64,000 nucleotides of DNA from Octopus sinensis (lineage: Eukaryota): contig NC_043000.1 of assembly GCF_006345805.1 (NCBI RefSeq), forward strand, positions 110,112,001-110,176,000, read 5' to 3'. The notes below the pieces were generated by a model that was given only the letters and a program-made list of their open reading frames with translations, did no database searches and was not told the DNA's origin. A program made the position numbers and the translations under genes. How positions within the stretch are numbered: position 1 is the first letter of the stretch; every line of letters begins with the position of its first letter. Shown one piece after another: positions 37,311-51,523 of this stretch.

Positions 37311-38267
37311 AATTATTATTTTCAAACAAAGGCTGAGTATTCCAACAGAAATATGATAACAAAAAGTTAAAATTATGGGGTTGTAATTTGTGCAAGATTT
37401 GGCTATTATTTCTAGCAGGCTGAGCAGCCACATAGAGGTAGTATTGAATTACAATCAAGAAAAAACAAAATTACAGATTTAGCTGTTTTCCTTGCAATAT
37501 GATTACTTTACTCTAGACCAATAAACTTTGGGAGAAGGGAACACTCAGTTATTCTAACCCCACTGGACAGATGAGAAACAAAGTTCGACTTAGCAAGATT
37601 TGAACTCCTAACGCTAGATATGTAACTAAGCACTGCAAAATATGTTTGTTTAGTTTCTTTTTGTTTTGACTGTAGATTGAAGAATGTCACTTTTGATATA
37701 AGGCCCCCCCCCACACACACACACGTGTTTGATGTATCTGAGAGATCAGGATTCATCACTCAATGGCTTCACAACATCAAACAGAAACTATCACCACTTC
37801 CATAATGCACCACATCTCAGGTTTACAGGAAAAACCCGTCTGTTGTTGTTAATGTTTAGTTGAAGGTCAGCTCTGCTCAAGCAGACCCTGCTACTTTCTC
37901 CCTTTTTAGCCCCTTCTCATACTACCTTGGCTGAGATCATCCCCCAGTTCTAGGATACAAGCTTATTATTTTAAAGTGATTTAAGCTTAAAATTTCCATT
38001 AAAATTTCATGTTAATTTCAGTTCAAAACACCAGAAGAATAAGATACGCTTACTCTACTAAATTATTATTTTCAAACAAAGGCTGAGTATTCCAACAGAA
38101 ATATGATAACAAAAAGTTAAAATTGTGGGGTTGTAATTTGTGCAAGATTTGGCTACTATTTCTAGCAGGCTGAGCAGCCACATAGAGGTAGTATTGAATT
38201 ACAATCAAGAAAAAATAAAATTACAGATTTAGCTGTTTTCCTTGCAATATGATTTCTTTACTCTAGA
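37311..38267. repeat. 207-bp direct duplication (37311-37517 and 38061-38267), period 750 bp
   Basis: Both copies run AATTATTATTTTCAAACAAAGGCTGAG...CTCTAGA with few substitutions. Confidence 0.9.
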
Positions 38268-38339
38268 ATATTATTAATTACCATTTACTTATGCAGGAGT
38301 CTCTTTTACTTATAATCCTAGATTAACCAATGCAATGGG

Positions 38340-39660
38340 AATGGTAGGCGGAAGATGGAAATTTCTAATGGAGACTCTTCTTTAGTTCGTTGAGGCTGGT
38401 TTTAAATGTTTAAGATGCATTTGACTTTGCACAACATAAAAAAAGTGACTGATAAAGCTGACAATGTTGATACAGAGGTTGCTACGGATTGTTGTGAGCA
38501 GCTAAAGAAAATGATTCCTGATGGGGTGGGGGTAAGGGCCACACACCAGACCAAGAATGCAAATGTTTACGAAACTGCACTTTTCTGGAAACTAATGCCT
38601 CTTGGATATTTTATTTCAGGAAGAAAAAACAAGATCAAGATTTAAAGATTCCAAAAATTGTCTGACACTTCATATAGAATAGAAAATGTCACAGATTATA
38701 CAAAAATTAAAGCCCCTATTCATGTTTTACTCTGAAAATCCAAGGACTTTCAAGAGCTGCTCAAACTCTGAGTTTAATTTACCTTTGATTTAGTCTTCAA
38801 GGAAGAAAGCACGGATGACTAAGAACTTTTACAAAGAGTGGTTTCCAAGTAGTTTTTGTTCTGCTGTAGAAAGAGGTACAGTGCCAAACATAATATTTCC
38901 CACAAAACATCACTCTTTGTTGGCTCCTTGGAGAAAATAGCAAGCCAAGCCATCCAATGGACTTAAATAAATTTTCTGATAATGCGAGAAAAGAATACAA
39001 CAACTTCATTGCTCTCCAGTCAATGGATCAAAGTGTGATGGCTAAGATCAAGGCATCAGCAGAGGATTTTCAAACAACTCATTAAAGCAAATGACAGAAA
39101 GGCTAGATCTACAGCTGGAGACTTCTGAAAGTAATTCAACATAATGGATGCTGTGGATAATCTAGAGGAATCATGAGATGAAACCAAACCTTCAGCTCTT
39201 GAATGGCGCTTGGCAAAAAAAACACATGGCCAGACTGTACGTGTAACTTTGCAAGTTTTGCACAAACCAGAATGTCTATGAAATTGAGGGAGATATTGTG
39301 ACCCTTGCAAATGATGTAGGTTTTGAAGGAGTCATAGAGGATGATATGGTTGAGTTGCTAGGGTCCCATAGGGAAAGTTTTATCTAAAGAACTTTGAGCC
39401 TAAACAAGATGAGAATACAGATAAAAATATGGAAATTCCATCAACTCCACTAAAATACAAAGAATATTGCAATAGGAATGGTATTTAGAAGAGAGGAAGA
39501 TCTGCAAGTTTCTGCTAATGGCAATCCTAATTGTGGACATAGAATAATTCCAAGAAGAATTTACAATAAGCTCAGTTCCTACACTGAGCTGTTCAAAGAA
39601 GTGATGCACCAGAAACATCATAGAATTTTGGATAAGTTCTTCCCTCCTCGATATTGGTAA
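38340..39660 (+). pseudogene. Decayed Tigger/pogo-family DDE transposase
   Basis: Remnants FKMHLTLHNIK, NVYETALFWKLMP, KLKPLFMFYSENPRTFK, LQSMDQSVMAKIK, VGFEGVIEDDMVELL parallel Tigger1-type motifs; many stops and frameshifts. Confidence 0.85.
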
Positions 39661-40759
39661 TGATGAAATTATAAAATACAAGATGGTGTTCTTCATCCTC
39701 CACTACCACCCCTCACTCCATAGTCAACATCCTTTATGTTAAGAACGTACCCCATTCTGCTATTAGGATTCTTATTTATTCCCTAACGTGTTTCTCTTCA
39801 ACATTTTCCTGCATACAAGACGGCAAGCTGGCAGAATCGTTAGCACGCAGGGTGAGATGCTTAGCGGTATTTCATGTCTTTATGATCTAAGTTCCGCCAA
39901 GGTTAACTTTGCCCTTCATCCTTCTAGGATTGATAAATTAAGTACCAGTTGCTTACTGGGGTCAACCTAATCACCTGGCCTCCTCCCCCAAAATTCCAGG
40001 CCTCATACCTAGAGCGGAAAAGAATATTTTTATGGATGCATCTTTTAGTGTGTATCTTTAGAGATTGTTATTTTCATACATGAAAGTTGCCTAATGGTTA
40101 CAGTGTTGCACTCACAACCATAAGACCATGGTTTCAATTCCTGGACCATGTGGTGCCTTGTGTTCTTGAATAAAACACTTCATTTCACCTGGCCTCAGTC
40201 CACTCATCTGCAAAACAATTTCTGCAGCAGCTTGGAAGTTCATCCTGTAACAGACCAGCATCCCATTTAAGGGGAAGTATTGTAATCTTAGACACTTTAC
40301 ACACCATGGAAACCAAGTTAATTTCTGGTCTCATGAGTCTTGGGATTCCTGACAGACTTAAGAAGACTCTTTTATGAAGCATTTCAAGTGCTTCCCAAGC
40401 CTCATGAGATAGTGTTTGTATCAACAATGCCGTATAATAGATGCCTTGTATGAAATTCTAGATCACACTCGCCTAAAATTCTTCTGCAGTGTTGTTCCTT
40501 TTCCATTTTTAATTGTAAAATTTTAGTCAATGCTAGCATCATCAGAAAGTAAGCTTTCTTGACTAATTGAATCCATCTGCATCAGCAGTTACATTATTTG
40601 GAAGACAACCAAATCTAAAGAGGTACTTGGGTATTTTGAAGACTTATTAAACTAAATTACTACAAAGCCTCTACTAAAATAGATTAATGCTTATTAACTA
40701 CAAACTCATGGTTGGAAAAGAAAGAGAAATATTTCTGTTATGTTTTTAACTGACCTTAC

Positions 40760-40845
40760 AGCTTCGGGTTTTGTAAAGTGCAGAGATAAGTGTTCCAAAG
40801 GTCATGTGATATAATTGCTTCTTGCTAGATTCACCTTCAAATATT
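40760..40845 (-). CDS. Candidate coding exon (IFEGESSKKQLYHMTFGTLISALYKTRS)
   Basis: Acceptor aataattttccag, donor GCT|gtaagg, 86 nt, only one open frame; protein not recognised. Confidence 0.45.
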
Positions 40846-41204
40846 CTGGAAAATTATTTAGCCTACATTGGTGCAGGTTTCTGGGTGTGTCTGTGCATGT
40901 ATGTCTCTCCCCACCCTGTATTTCTAACAATTTCAGGTCAGTCCGACTGAGTGGCATCTTGAATCAGTGTCATTTACCATAGCCCCCAACTAACCAAAGT
41001 CTTTTGATTACATTTGGTAGACAGAAGCTGAAAGCCCACAGTGTGTGTATGTGTGTGTATAGACATGAATATATGTGCATGTGTGAGTATGTATATGTAT
41101 ATGCTACTTTGTCTTGATATTGTGTGAAAACATGTCTGGCCAAGAAGATATGTTACCTTGTTTGAAAACAGGTGATGATTGGTAACAGAAAGTGCATCTA
41201 CTGT

Positions 41205-41550
41205 TGCTGTTGAGCACAGCGGTCTTTGTCCAGTGGGAGAAGTCCGAAACGTGGTCCTTTGCTATTCGTAAGCAGGTCAACCCCCGACACCGAGAGCATC
41301 GACGGATGGATGAATGCACATCCAGGCTCAGTGGTTGCGTAGGAAGTCAGGGACAAGAAACAGGAAGAAAGAGTGAGAGAAAGTTGGGGGCGAAAGAGTA
41401 CAACAGGGGTCACCACCACCCCCTGCCAAGCCCCGTGGAGCTTTAGGTGTTTTCGCTCAATAAACACACACAACGCCCGGTCTGGGAATCGAAACCGTGA
41501 TCCTCCTACCACGAGTCTGCTGCCCTAACCACTGGGCCATTGCACCTCCA
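41205..41550 (-). mobile_element. tRNA-headed SINE sharing its head and body with 61253-61550 but with a different tail
   Basis: Minus strand GGAGGTGCAATGGCCCAGTGGTTAGG...GGTTTCGATTCC...CAACTTTCTCTCACTCTTTC, then an unrelated tail ending CAACAGCAACAG. Confidence 0.8.
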
Positions 41551-41720
41551 CTGCATCTGCTGTAGAAAAGCTGCCTCAATAACTTCTGTTTGACTCATAC
41601 ACACATGGAGATATGAATGTTAAAACGATGATGATGATGATGATAACAGGCATCTTTTGAGGATTAATTACCAGAACACATCTACATCAATGCTTTGATG
41701 TTATGAAGAAGACAACACAC

Positions 41721-41857
41721 TTTCTTGCTGAAGTGCTCATAGTTTTGATCCAAAGCTGTGGTCATTGGTTCTTCAAATCGTCTTTGACTTGATGGAGGAG
41801 GATTTGTCAGAAAACAATAGGAAATCCATCCTAAATTTTGAACACACAAAGAGTCTT
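41721..41857 (-). CDS. Candidate coding exon (DSLCVQNLGWISYCFLTNPPPSSQRRFEEPMTTALDQNYEHFSKK)
   Basis: Acceptor tgttcctttgtcattcag; weak donor AAA|gtgtgt; lies within track ORF 41682..41876; an alternative acceptor would start the exon at 41830. Confidence 0.4.
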
Positions 41858-42839
41858 CTGAATGACAAAGGAACATTTATAATGATGGATGGATGGATAT
41901 TTGTAGTCTTCAGTTTCCTTTCTGGTTCCACTAAACTATCCTTTTCTCCAAGAAACATTTTTTTGTTCTCCTCATGAGACTTGAGGTGCAGGCTTAGCTC
42001 TGAGTTTAAGAAGATCACATTGTAATCATGTGGTTTCAGGTTCAGTCCCACTGTGCAACACTTTGGACAAGTGTTTTCCACTATGGTCCCAGGTGACCAA
42101 TGCCTTGTGAGTGAATTTAATACACTGAAACTGTAAAAGGTGTGTGTGTATATATATAACCATTAGCCTAGTACTTATTGTATCGGTCTCTTTTGCTGAA
42201 CTGCTAAGTTACAAAAAGTACCACATTTATAATAAGTACTAGGGTAATGGACTAAATTCTTTAAGGTGTAATGGCCACAGACCAATGCCTGAAGATAATT
42301 TGGAAAAAAACGTAAACTCATGTCACTTATGCACACACACACACACACTGTGCCCAGTTCCTATTAAGAAGCAGTTTGGTTAGTGGTGCCATTATTTCAA
42401 TCAAACCAATCCTTGTTTGTATATTCTACCAACCCCAAAATATTCTTTGCAGTTTCAGCAATAATGCTTTTCAACTGGTTCCGTTTTACAATATCATTGC
42501 CGTCAAGGAATGGAGAATTTCTTCTGTATATCAAGATCTTTGTCCATAAAAACAGTCCTTGTTTTGGGTTGGATACAATTTACTGAGACAGATTTTCTAC
42601 AGCCGGATGCCCTTCCTGTTGCCAAGTGAAGTAATACTTTCCTCATGGTCAGACACATTCTCACAGAATATTGAAATTGAATGACCCTGCCTGTAGGACA
42701 GTGACACTCATTTACAGCGATTGTACAACTGCAACACACAGAGATACACGCAAACACACACACGCACACAATTAGACCCTTCACTATTCTGTTTCCGTTC
42801 TCAGCTGGAACCATTTCATTTTATATTAGATCAACAGCA

Positions 42840-43195
42840 ACATCAAAATCAAATCAAATGGAAATTGTAGTTGTGAGCCCCATGCCAGTAGCATGTAAAA
42901 AGCACCATCCGATCGTGGACGATGTGCCAGTGCTGCTTTGTCTGGCTTCTATGCCAGTGGAACATAAAAAGCACCATCCGATCGTGGATGATGCCAGCTC
43001 CTCTGGCCCCTGTGCTGGTGGCACGTAAAAGGCACCCACTACACTCTCGGAGTGGTTGGCGTTAGGAAGGGCATCTAGCTGTAGAAACACTGCTAGATCA
43101 GATTGGGGCCTGGTGCGGCCTCCTGGCTTTCCAGACCCCAGTCGAACTGTCCAACCCATGCCAGCATGGAAAACAGACATTAAACAATGATGATG
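42840..43195 (+). mobile_element. RTE 3'-UTR copy with 3 subrepeat units
   Basis: ATCAAATGGAAATTGTAGTTGTG start shared with 19030; standard tail and (GAT)n. Confidence 0.85.
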
Positions 43196-44295
43196 TTTAA
43201 CACTGTTGAAAATATGGAAGAGCCACCAATATCTTTTCTTCCTTTAAAAGATATATATTTACAATTACCATCATCAACTGTATCGTTATATTTTAACATG
43301 TTTCTCTTGTCCGTCAAAATCCTCGTTAGTGACAAAGATCTTTAATTTTGCTAGTTAGTCCTGGCAATTCTCAGCGATGCTTAGAGAAATAATGTTGTAT
43401 GTCAAAATAAGAAAAAAACATCATTGCAACAAACTTGTGATTCCTTGTGGCATTTGATATCTTTCGTTGCAAGCTTTGATGTTTCTTGGCCTGACTTCTG
43501 TTAGAAAGTTTATTACATATCACTGTTTCAACCTCTAATGCAGCCACATAGTTTTCTGGTGTAAACCTGATAATATATGAAGTGGTGCTCATCTCAGAGC
43601 AAATAAACTAAGCAAAGCCAAGCAGATATAATTGCTTTGACTGCTAGTGTCATTCCAAAGCAGACATTGGAATTTGGTGCAACCCTCTGGCCTGCCAGTT
43701 CCTGTCAAACCATCCAACCCATGATGACATTGAAAAAAAGAATGTTAAATGATGATGATGATGATCCTTAGATATTTAGCAATAGAAGAAATGGGAAATC
43801 TTGATGCTTACACCAATTCCAAAAACAATTACAACAAAAAATAAATGACAAGTGTTCACGAAAATTAAAGTTGTACTAAAAGAATATTTTAAAAAACCAG
43901 ATTGCCATAAAAAAGAAAAAAAAACATTTATCCAAGATGAAGATAAGAATACATAAAACTATTAACGAAACAAAGTGTCGGAATTATGTAATTATTGATA
44001 CGATGTGCAATAAAGGATCAATAGAGATCAATGTTTATGAGAGGATAACACCAGGGCAACCTTTCTGTAGCCACAGAGCTGCAGGTCATTTTGCACCATG
44101 GTTATTACTCTTACTCCAAAATACAATTATTCCAGAGTGCAAACCCTTCATGTCAATGTATAAAACCATAATAATGACACAAATTATGACCAACAACTTA
44201 CATCAGGCAATTTTAATTTGTAAAACCCTTCTTGTTAATATTTCCCATTTTCATATTTATGTAGCAGCAGGCAACACAACTGTGTTGGAGCAACT

Positions 44296-44337
<42 letters not shown>

Positions 44338-44340
<3 letters not shown>

Positions 44341-44530
44341 GGAATTTACAAAAAAACAAAACAAAAGATGAAGACAGGTGTGTAAACAACAAACAGATAT
44401 ATTAGTTTAACACTCAGGAAGTGACAAAGTCTTTAACGTTTTGAGCCTACGCTCTTCTACAGAAAGGGACACAGAAATAAACAGGGGGAGAAAATAGAAA
44501 AAAGGTTTAGTGGCTAGCGATCTATCATGG
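44338..44530 (-). mobile_element. Penelope-like terminal repeat fragment with a degenerate hammerhead-like motif
   Basis: Minus strand CUUU-CUGUAGA-A-GAGC-GUAG-GCUC-AAAA-CG-UU-AAAG. Confidence 0.5.
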
Positions 44531-44549
44531 CTACTATCATATATATATA

Positions 44550-44770
44550 TTTCTTTACTACCCACAAGAGGCTAAACGCAGAGAGGACAAACAAACAGAT
44601 TAAGTCGATTACATCGACCCCTGTGCGTAACTAGTACTTATTTAATCGACCTCGAAAGGATGAATGGCAAAGCCAACCTCGGCGGAATTTGAACTCAGAA
44701 CGTAGTGGCAGATGAAATACCGCTAAGCATTTCACCTGGCGTGCTAACGTTTCTGCCAGCTCACCGCCCT
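44550..44770 (-). mobile_element. Family B SINE, well preserved
   Basis: Full head-to-tail match to the family. Confidence 0.85.
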
Positions 44771-44816
44771 ATATATATATATGATAGTAGCTAAGCTATA
44801 TGTGTGTGTGTGTGTG

Positions 44817-44866
<50 letters not shown>

Positions 44867-45063
44867 GAAATGAGGTAATCAGAAGATCGGATGGTTTATA
44901 TTTACAGATATTTCTTTATATATTACATTTTTTATATATATATCATATCACTTAGATCATTAGCGCTTTCTCCCATTCTAGTGGGGTTTTCAAATCAAAA
45001 TATGTTCCTTTGTGGGGAATTTTAATAATTTTATATATATATATATATGTGTGTGAGTGTGTG

Positions 45064-45100
<37 letters not shown>

Positions 45101-45170
45101 AATATGTTTGTATATATGTGTTCAACTGTCCTATGCCAGCATAGTAAAGGGACATCAAATGATGACTTTT

Positions 45171-45215
<45 letters not shown>

Positions 45216-46039
45216 CAAACACACACACACATACACAAAACTATTGTAAAGCCTTCTTGCTAGTATGTTAAATCCAAACCTGGGCACTGTTAATTAATGA
45301 AGTTAACATTTTCGTTAAAGATTTAACTTTCAAGTTAACTTTGGAAATCATTATCGGACTAATTAACTTCCACTAACTTCAATTCAATTAAATTAACGGA
45401 TTTTATAGTTTTGACACTTTTTAAAGGTGTTTTTAGAGCAAAAACTGATTTTTCGTTTTTTGCTATAATAGAAATTAATGTTAACATCTCATCAATAACT
45501 TCAGTTACATTTTTAATGAATTAACTGATTAATGGTTAACAAAGTTAACTTTTTGATTAATGGTTAAATCTTCTCTCTCTAAACTCTACAACCGTTGAAT
45601 TACTGTGAACAACATTGTATTCTACTGAATACAATACTAAATGTAAGAAAATTTTTGTAAAGTGTAAACCCTGCTTGCCAAAATGTTAACTTCTTTGAGT
45701 CGGCAGCTGATAGTAGCAGAGTTTCATAACAACTGTTTAATGTAACAGTTCTAACGAAGATTTTGGTTCCATATTGGTTAACGCATGTAAGGGTACAGTT
45801 GTTGAAGACACAATATGATAGAGGGTCTACAGAAATGCTTTAGGTATTATGGTACCATATAGCCTGGAGTGAGGAGGTTTAACTTTCACAATCCACAAAT
45901 AATGGAAAGATATGAATGGAATCGGTAGGTTAGTGGTTTATAAAGAGCTCACCAAACCAATTATATTAACGTGTTTTAGGTAGAACCACTGTGATGTTAT
46001 TCACACACATAGCATCTATCTATCGATACATATATAAAT

Positions 46040-46321
46040 CTATGTACGTATGTATCTATATATACCTGCACACACATACATACACACAAGCATTCATATA
46101 TATATATATATACATACAAACACATACATTCATAGATTTATATATATATAAATAAAAATAAACACACATACATACATGCCTACCTACATGCATATATATA
46201 CATACATAACCTAAAGGCAGAAATATCAGTCGTAAAATTGCGAATTACCCATGTGTATGTATATATATATAATACACAGACATACATACATTCAAATATA
46301 TTCATTTATATATATATATAG

Positions 46322-46404
<83 letters not shown>

Positions 46405-47077
46405 ATATATATATATGTGCAACCCATGCTAGCATGGAAAGCGGACGCTAAATGATGATATATATATATATATATATACACACATACACATATATATATA
46501 TATATTTATATACACACATATATACACACACATGCCTATGAAAGAGAGAGGGAAATCAGAGGTTCTCTCTAGGTATTTTTGTTCAAAATGAAATTGTAGG
46601 CAATCTGTTGTAAGCTGCTTTGAACTTAAAAGAATGTTAAAGACAAAATGTGTACACACACACATACCCACATACTGAACACCATATCTGGATGGAAATG
46701 ATCCTATAGATGTGACTGTGTGTTATGAAAGCAAAGAGATATGATCAAATGATGATGATGATGAAATAAACTATAGGAAGGGGAGAAAAAAATTTACATT
46801 TGCTCCCATCAAGTAAAATATTCAGTGGAATTTTTCTTTTGAAAATGGAATGAAATTAAAGCACAAAGTAAAATTTTCCTTTAATACATTCTCAGCATGT
46901 TATGGCACAAAGTTTTTTTGTTTTTTTTTGTTTTCCTTTGCTCCAGTCTGTCCACCATGAAGAGAACGCCAAACAGAAGTCATTGCAGCGGTGGTAACTA
47001 GAACAACAATTATTTCTTCAGCACAAAAAACAAAATTTGTAAAGGTAACACACACACATACTTGTATGTCTATATAC

Positions 47078-47136
<59 letters not shown>

Positions 47137-47640
47137 GCATCCAGCTGTGGAAACTCTGCCAGATCAGATTAGAGCCTGGTGCAGCCTCCCGGCCTGCCAG
47201 TACTCAGTCATACCGTCCAACCCATGCCAGCATGGAAAGCGGACGTTAAACGATGATGATGATATATATGTGTGTGTGTATATATATTTACATATGCATG
47301 TATAGATATATGTGTATATGTACATATATATATATATATATATATGTCTATATGTGTATATATGTGTGTGTATACACATATAGACATGTATGCATATATA
47401 GCTATATATGTCTATATGTACATATATATTATGTGTGTGTATATTTACATGCATGTATAGATATGTCTATATGTACATATATATATATATGTCTATATAT
47501 ATGTATGCATGTATATATATATATTTATAAATGCATGTATAGATATGTATGTCTATATGTACATATATGTATGTGTGTGTGTGTGTGTATGTGTGTGTAT
47601 AAATATATATATACATATATAAAGCAACTGAAACAGTTGG
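46040..47640. repeat. Field of (TA)n and degenerate (TATG/TGTA) microsatellites with short RTE tails
   Basis: Long (TA)n at about 46325-46415 and cryptic dinucleotide tract 47260-47620. Confidence 0.85.
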
Positions 47641-48465
47641 TCCCAGGGTATTGTTGATACATATTTTTCAACTCGTGATGAGAAGAAAATGTGAAGTTGA
47701 TCACAGCTGGCTTTATGCTTAAAATCATGCTTAACTTGACGATGATCCGAATGGCAAGAGAAAGTCTTGGGAAAAGACAAGATCTGATCTGCTACTCAAT
47801 GCACAAATATGATAATGAGACATTGCTATAGTTAACAACAACAACAACACCACCACCAACAGCAGCAGCAGCAGCCATAGTTTATACTTGGCTATTATAC
47901 AAGTCAGCAATATTGCAGCCTACAGCTCACTCCAACACGCATTTCCCACTTGATAAAAAGCAAGTATTTATAGTGTTTAGGGTTTAGAAACTTTTAATTT
48001 AAGGGGGGAAAGTATCATAGAGAGAAGAGACAGGATGGGGATGGGTTTTTCTGTATAAGATCTTAACACGTGTTAAGATTATGTGTAAATTTGGACATAT
48101 TTACATAAATACATACTCACACACACATGTTCACATTCTTCCAGTTGTTTTTAAAAGGTACTTAGATATGTAAATATTAAAATGTGTGTGTGAATACTAC
48201 GTACGGGTGCACATACCTCCTCATTGCATGTGTTTGTTAGACAATGAAGTACAGCTTAGAGTCGATCCATTACAGATGATAAACTGTTAGAATGGATAAC
48301 ATCCACATGAACAGATGAACAGGAGGGATGGCCACAAATGTAGAAAATATAATTTAGACATGAAAGTTTTAAAAAATACATAGAAATACCCTTCTGCAGT
48401 GCCAAACCCTTTCTTCATGCCATCAGGTATCATTTCAGAGTCTGACATTTGTTCTAACAATAAAC

Positions 48466-48527
48466 TTGTGATGCAGCTAAAGCCAGCTCAGCTGTAGCAC
48501 GGTCGAAGTACTGTTGCATAACCTTAC
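48466..48527 (-). CDS. Candidate coding exon (KVMQQYFDRATAELALAASQ)
   Basis: Acceptor gtgttttgtcataaag, donor CAA|gtttat, 62 nt (2+60), retained CpGs in AT-rich context; protein not recognised. Confidence 0.45.
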
Positions 48528-49320
48528 CTTTATGACAAAACACACATTCATGTAAACAGGAAAATATTTCAGCATAAATCAATGTTGAGACTGATTAAAA
48601 TATATTTGTATGTTTATGTTTTTTGTTTAGTAACTAATTAGCTAAATCCTCATTATGTTTATCATGTTGTTGTTGTTGTTACTACCATATCATTATTATT
48701 GGTTTGAAAAATTTAAGCCTGTATTGAACAAATATAAAGACAGATTTTTATAAACTTCTGACAGATGCATGAAGAGTAAAATTTGATGAAAAATCAGATG
48801 ACACGAGTCATATTTTAACAACTGAATATTAAAAAAAACACTCACGCACACACAACAGACAGGCAGACAGATGGCTGGCTGAATATATTTTTAGGGAATA
48901 AGATCACTTCACTTTCTATAAATAGTCTGTTTTCTACAATGAATTAATTATATTTATCTACACTTATAATGGAATGGAAAAATTCTAAAATTTCTTCTAT
49001 CATGTAACTGCCTTTTTTTTTTATCTTATATTTATTCAGGTTTTGTTTTTCCATTTCCAAAATAGAAAACTGACCTTTGCTCTTCTCTCTAAATAGAAAG
49101 GATCAGCAACAGACTCTTGAAAAAGAGTTAAAATAACTTAACAATATCCAGAAGCTATCACAAAGAATATTTTTATGTGAATATCTTCAATTGTGAATAT
49201 CTTCAATTGACACAGAAGATTCTAAAAGGTTTGAAGCTTCTTCTGGACATGACTTTCCATGGAACTTTTCAAGCAAATTTTGTCTCAAATAAGAAAGTAA
49301 TAAGATATATTTCTAAAAAC

Positions 49321-49351
<31 letters not shown>

Positions 49352-49557
49352 CTTGCAGAAGATTCAGAAAAAAATCTTTCTGGCTGAACTTTTTTAAATA
49401 AATTTCTTTCTGTTCTCATGAATGAAATTGTTGCTGAGACAAAGGACTGCTAATGAGTCCCAAGTGCAGATTAAAGAATTGAATAAAGCTTGAGCTATTA
49501 TCCCAACTCAGTAGGACATCCCCACAGATTCTAAACTACCAAACAATAGTCAGTTAC

Positions 49558-49667
49558 TGTGAATTTGCAGCTGTCCACTGGTATTGAACTTGTTTTCTCT
49601 TCTGTGGCAACTAGACTGCAATGAACAAGATATTGAATAAGAGCAACTAGTGAGAAACCCAGCCTGG
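49558..49667 (-). CDS. Candidate 110-nt exon
   Basis: Acceptor ttgcttttatattttag, donor ACA|gtaact; open in two frames (RLGFSLVALIQYLVHC... or QAGFLTSCSYSISCSL...). Confidence 0.35.
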
Positions 49668-51523
49668 CTAAAATATAAAAGCAATCCCTTAAAAAGGAAA
49701 CAAAAAACAATTTTTTTGTCAATGCATTTACATGAAAAATTTCAAAATGCAATTTCTTCTGTAAAAAGAAAATTAATTGAAAAGTAGATGACAAAAAATT
49801 TGGTGGGTTTGACAGAAATTTTTTTTTTTCTTCTTAAATTAGATATTTGAGAAATCCCTTACAAACTATTTTGATTAAAGGTCAGAAGAATAAATAAACT
49901 GCATGATAATCTCAGGTGATTCTAAAGATTAAAACTTTAATATAATAATTCTACTACTTATTTGGTTTTTACCTATTTTTAAGTAAGAACCACTTGATTT
50001 GTTTAACTTGGAAAATTCCAGTGAAGAAGCTTATCATAAATTATGGATTAGTAAGATAACTTTGAAATTAGGAAAGATGCTTAAAACAATAACTATCATA
50101 AAAGTAAAATTAATTCCTCTCATGCAGCTGGTGATATTGAGATGATGTTCCTACTGCATGTGTATTTCACATTATCATTATTACTATTGTTTATTATTAT
50201 TATTATTACTATTATTATTATTACTACTACTACTATCACTGAAAGGTGGAATGTGTTTATGATGAGCTACAAAAATTGTGTAGAAAACATCATTTTTGTT
50301 TGTGTTTAAAATTAAATGCAAACCCTTTAGAATGGTCGTTTTCAGCAGGACAAAATGCATGCGACAGAAAACATAAAAGTATATTTTTTCATACAACCTT
50401 AAATAGCTGTAAGTGTTGGTCTTTCCTGCTACTACCTACTCAAAGATTCAACATGGCAGAACATTAGCTAGTTCTCACAGGGAATGACCTACAAGAAAGG
50501 AGTTCAGCAGGCAGGTACGTAGTCATTGGTTGATGCAAACCTAGTTAACCAATCAGAACTAAGCTCACTAAAGCCAACTGCTCTATTGTGCTGCTATTTA
50601 TTTTATTTATTTTTTGTAAATGTGTATGTGTGTGCAAGTGTGTGTGTGTGTTGGTATCTGTTAAGATAGCATCATATAACTTATTCAAGTTCTTGAGAAA
50701 TTAAATACATCAAAAATAATGGAATACTAAAATATAATGTTTTTTAGTGTTAGTCAAATAATTTCATTTGGCTGACTACAATTCCATTACAACAAAACAA
50801 ATCTTTATTAAACAATAAACTCAATGTTAAAATGTTGGAGGAAAAACATGTATCAGAAATGGCGAGGCTAAACAAAAGTTAAACATCTGGAATTTAATTT
50901 TTTTCTTTTATATATACTAATACTACTAACTTTAACTATTGCTGTGAAATATTTTCTGTTCACTAAATAAGTTCAAATACATTCATGAACCTCAGAAATT
51001 TAAAAATAAAAAACTAGCTAACATTACTATGCCAAGTAAAGAATTAATAACATTAGAAAAAGGAAAGGAATCCTTTCCTTAGGTTTTATAATATATTTTA
51101 AATGTTTCCAGCATATCAAAGTGGGAAAAATCTGTTTCAACAAAACAGCAGACATTTTAGCCCGTTTACAGTGTTATGTTGACATCTATCCTACAATGTA
51201 CGCTTGTTATGAGCATACAATTACTCTTTCACATCCATAACCAGTCTCTCTCTCTCTCTCTCGTGCTTTTTCTTATTTTTGTAATTTTAAGGACACCTCA
51301 CACCGACAGGATGGCAGGAGACTAATTTGTTTGTCTATATCTACCTGATAGATAGCTTCAAACTCGACATTCTACTCACCCTTCATAGGAAGAAATAAAA
51401 AATACAGAAACAAGTCACATTTCTAGTCTCAACATCAATTCAACATTAACCACAATGGCTTCAAGTTCTATTTCACATCAGAGAATATTCAAACTTCTCT
51501 ATTAAACCTTTATTTTTGCTTAA

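Noticed and set aside
41225-41260. GAAGTCCGAAACGTG on plus as a hammerhead half
   Set aside because: No CUGANGA upstream and the cleavage position would be G
41721-41857. Bestrophin-like spacing (GW..L.NP..FE..D.N)
   Set aside because: It lacks the highly conserved NPFGEDDDDFE residues; judged coincidental
43534-43567. 34-nt minus exon that would bridge phases between 48466 and 41857
   Set aside because: Weak donor (gttgaa) and selected only because the phase fits
44955-45000. Hammerhead-like motif on the minus strand (CCCA/UGGG, GAAA, AGCGCU palindrome)
   Set aside because: The core reads UUGAAAA with two key substitutions and helix I is only 2 bp; too decayed to call
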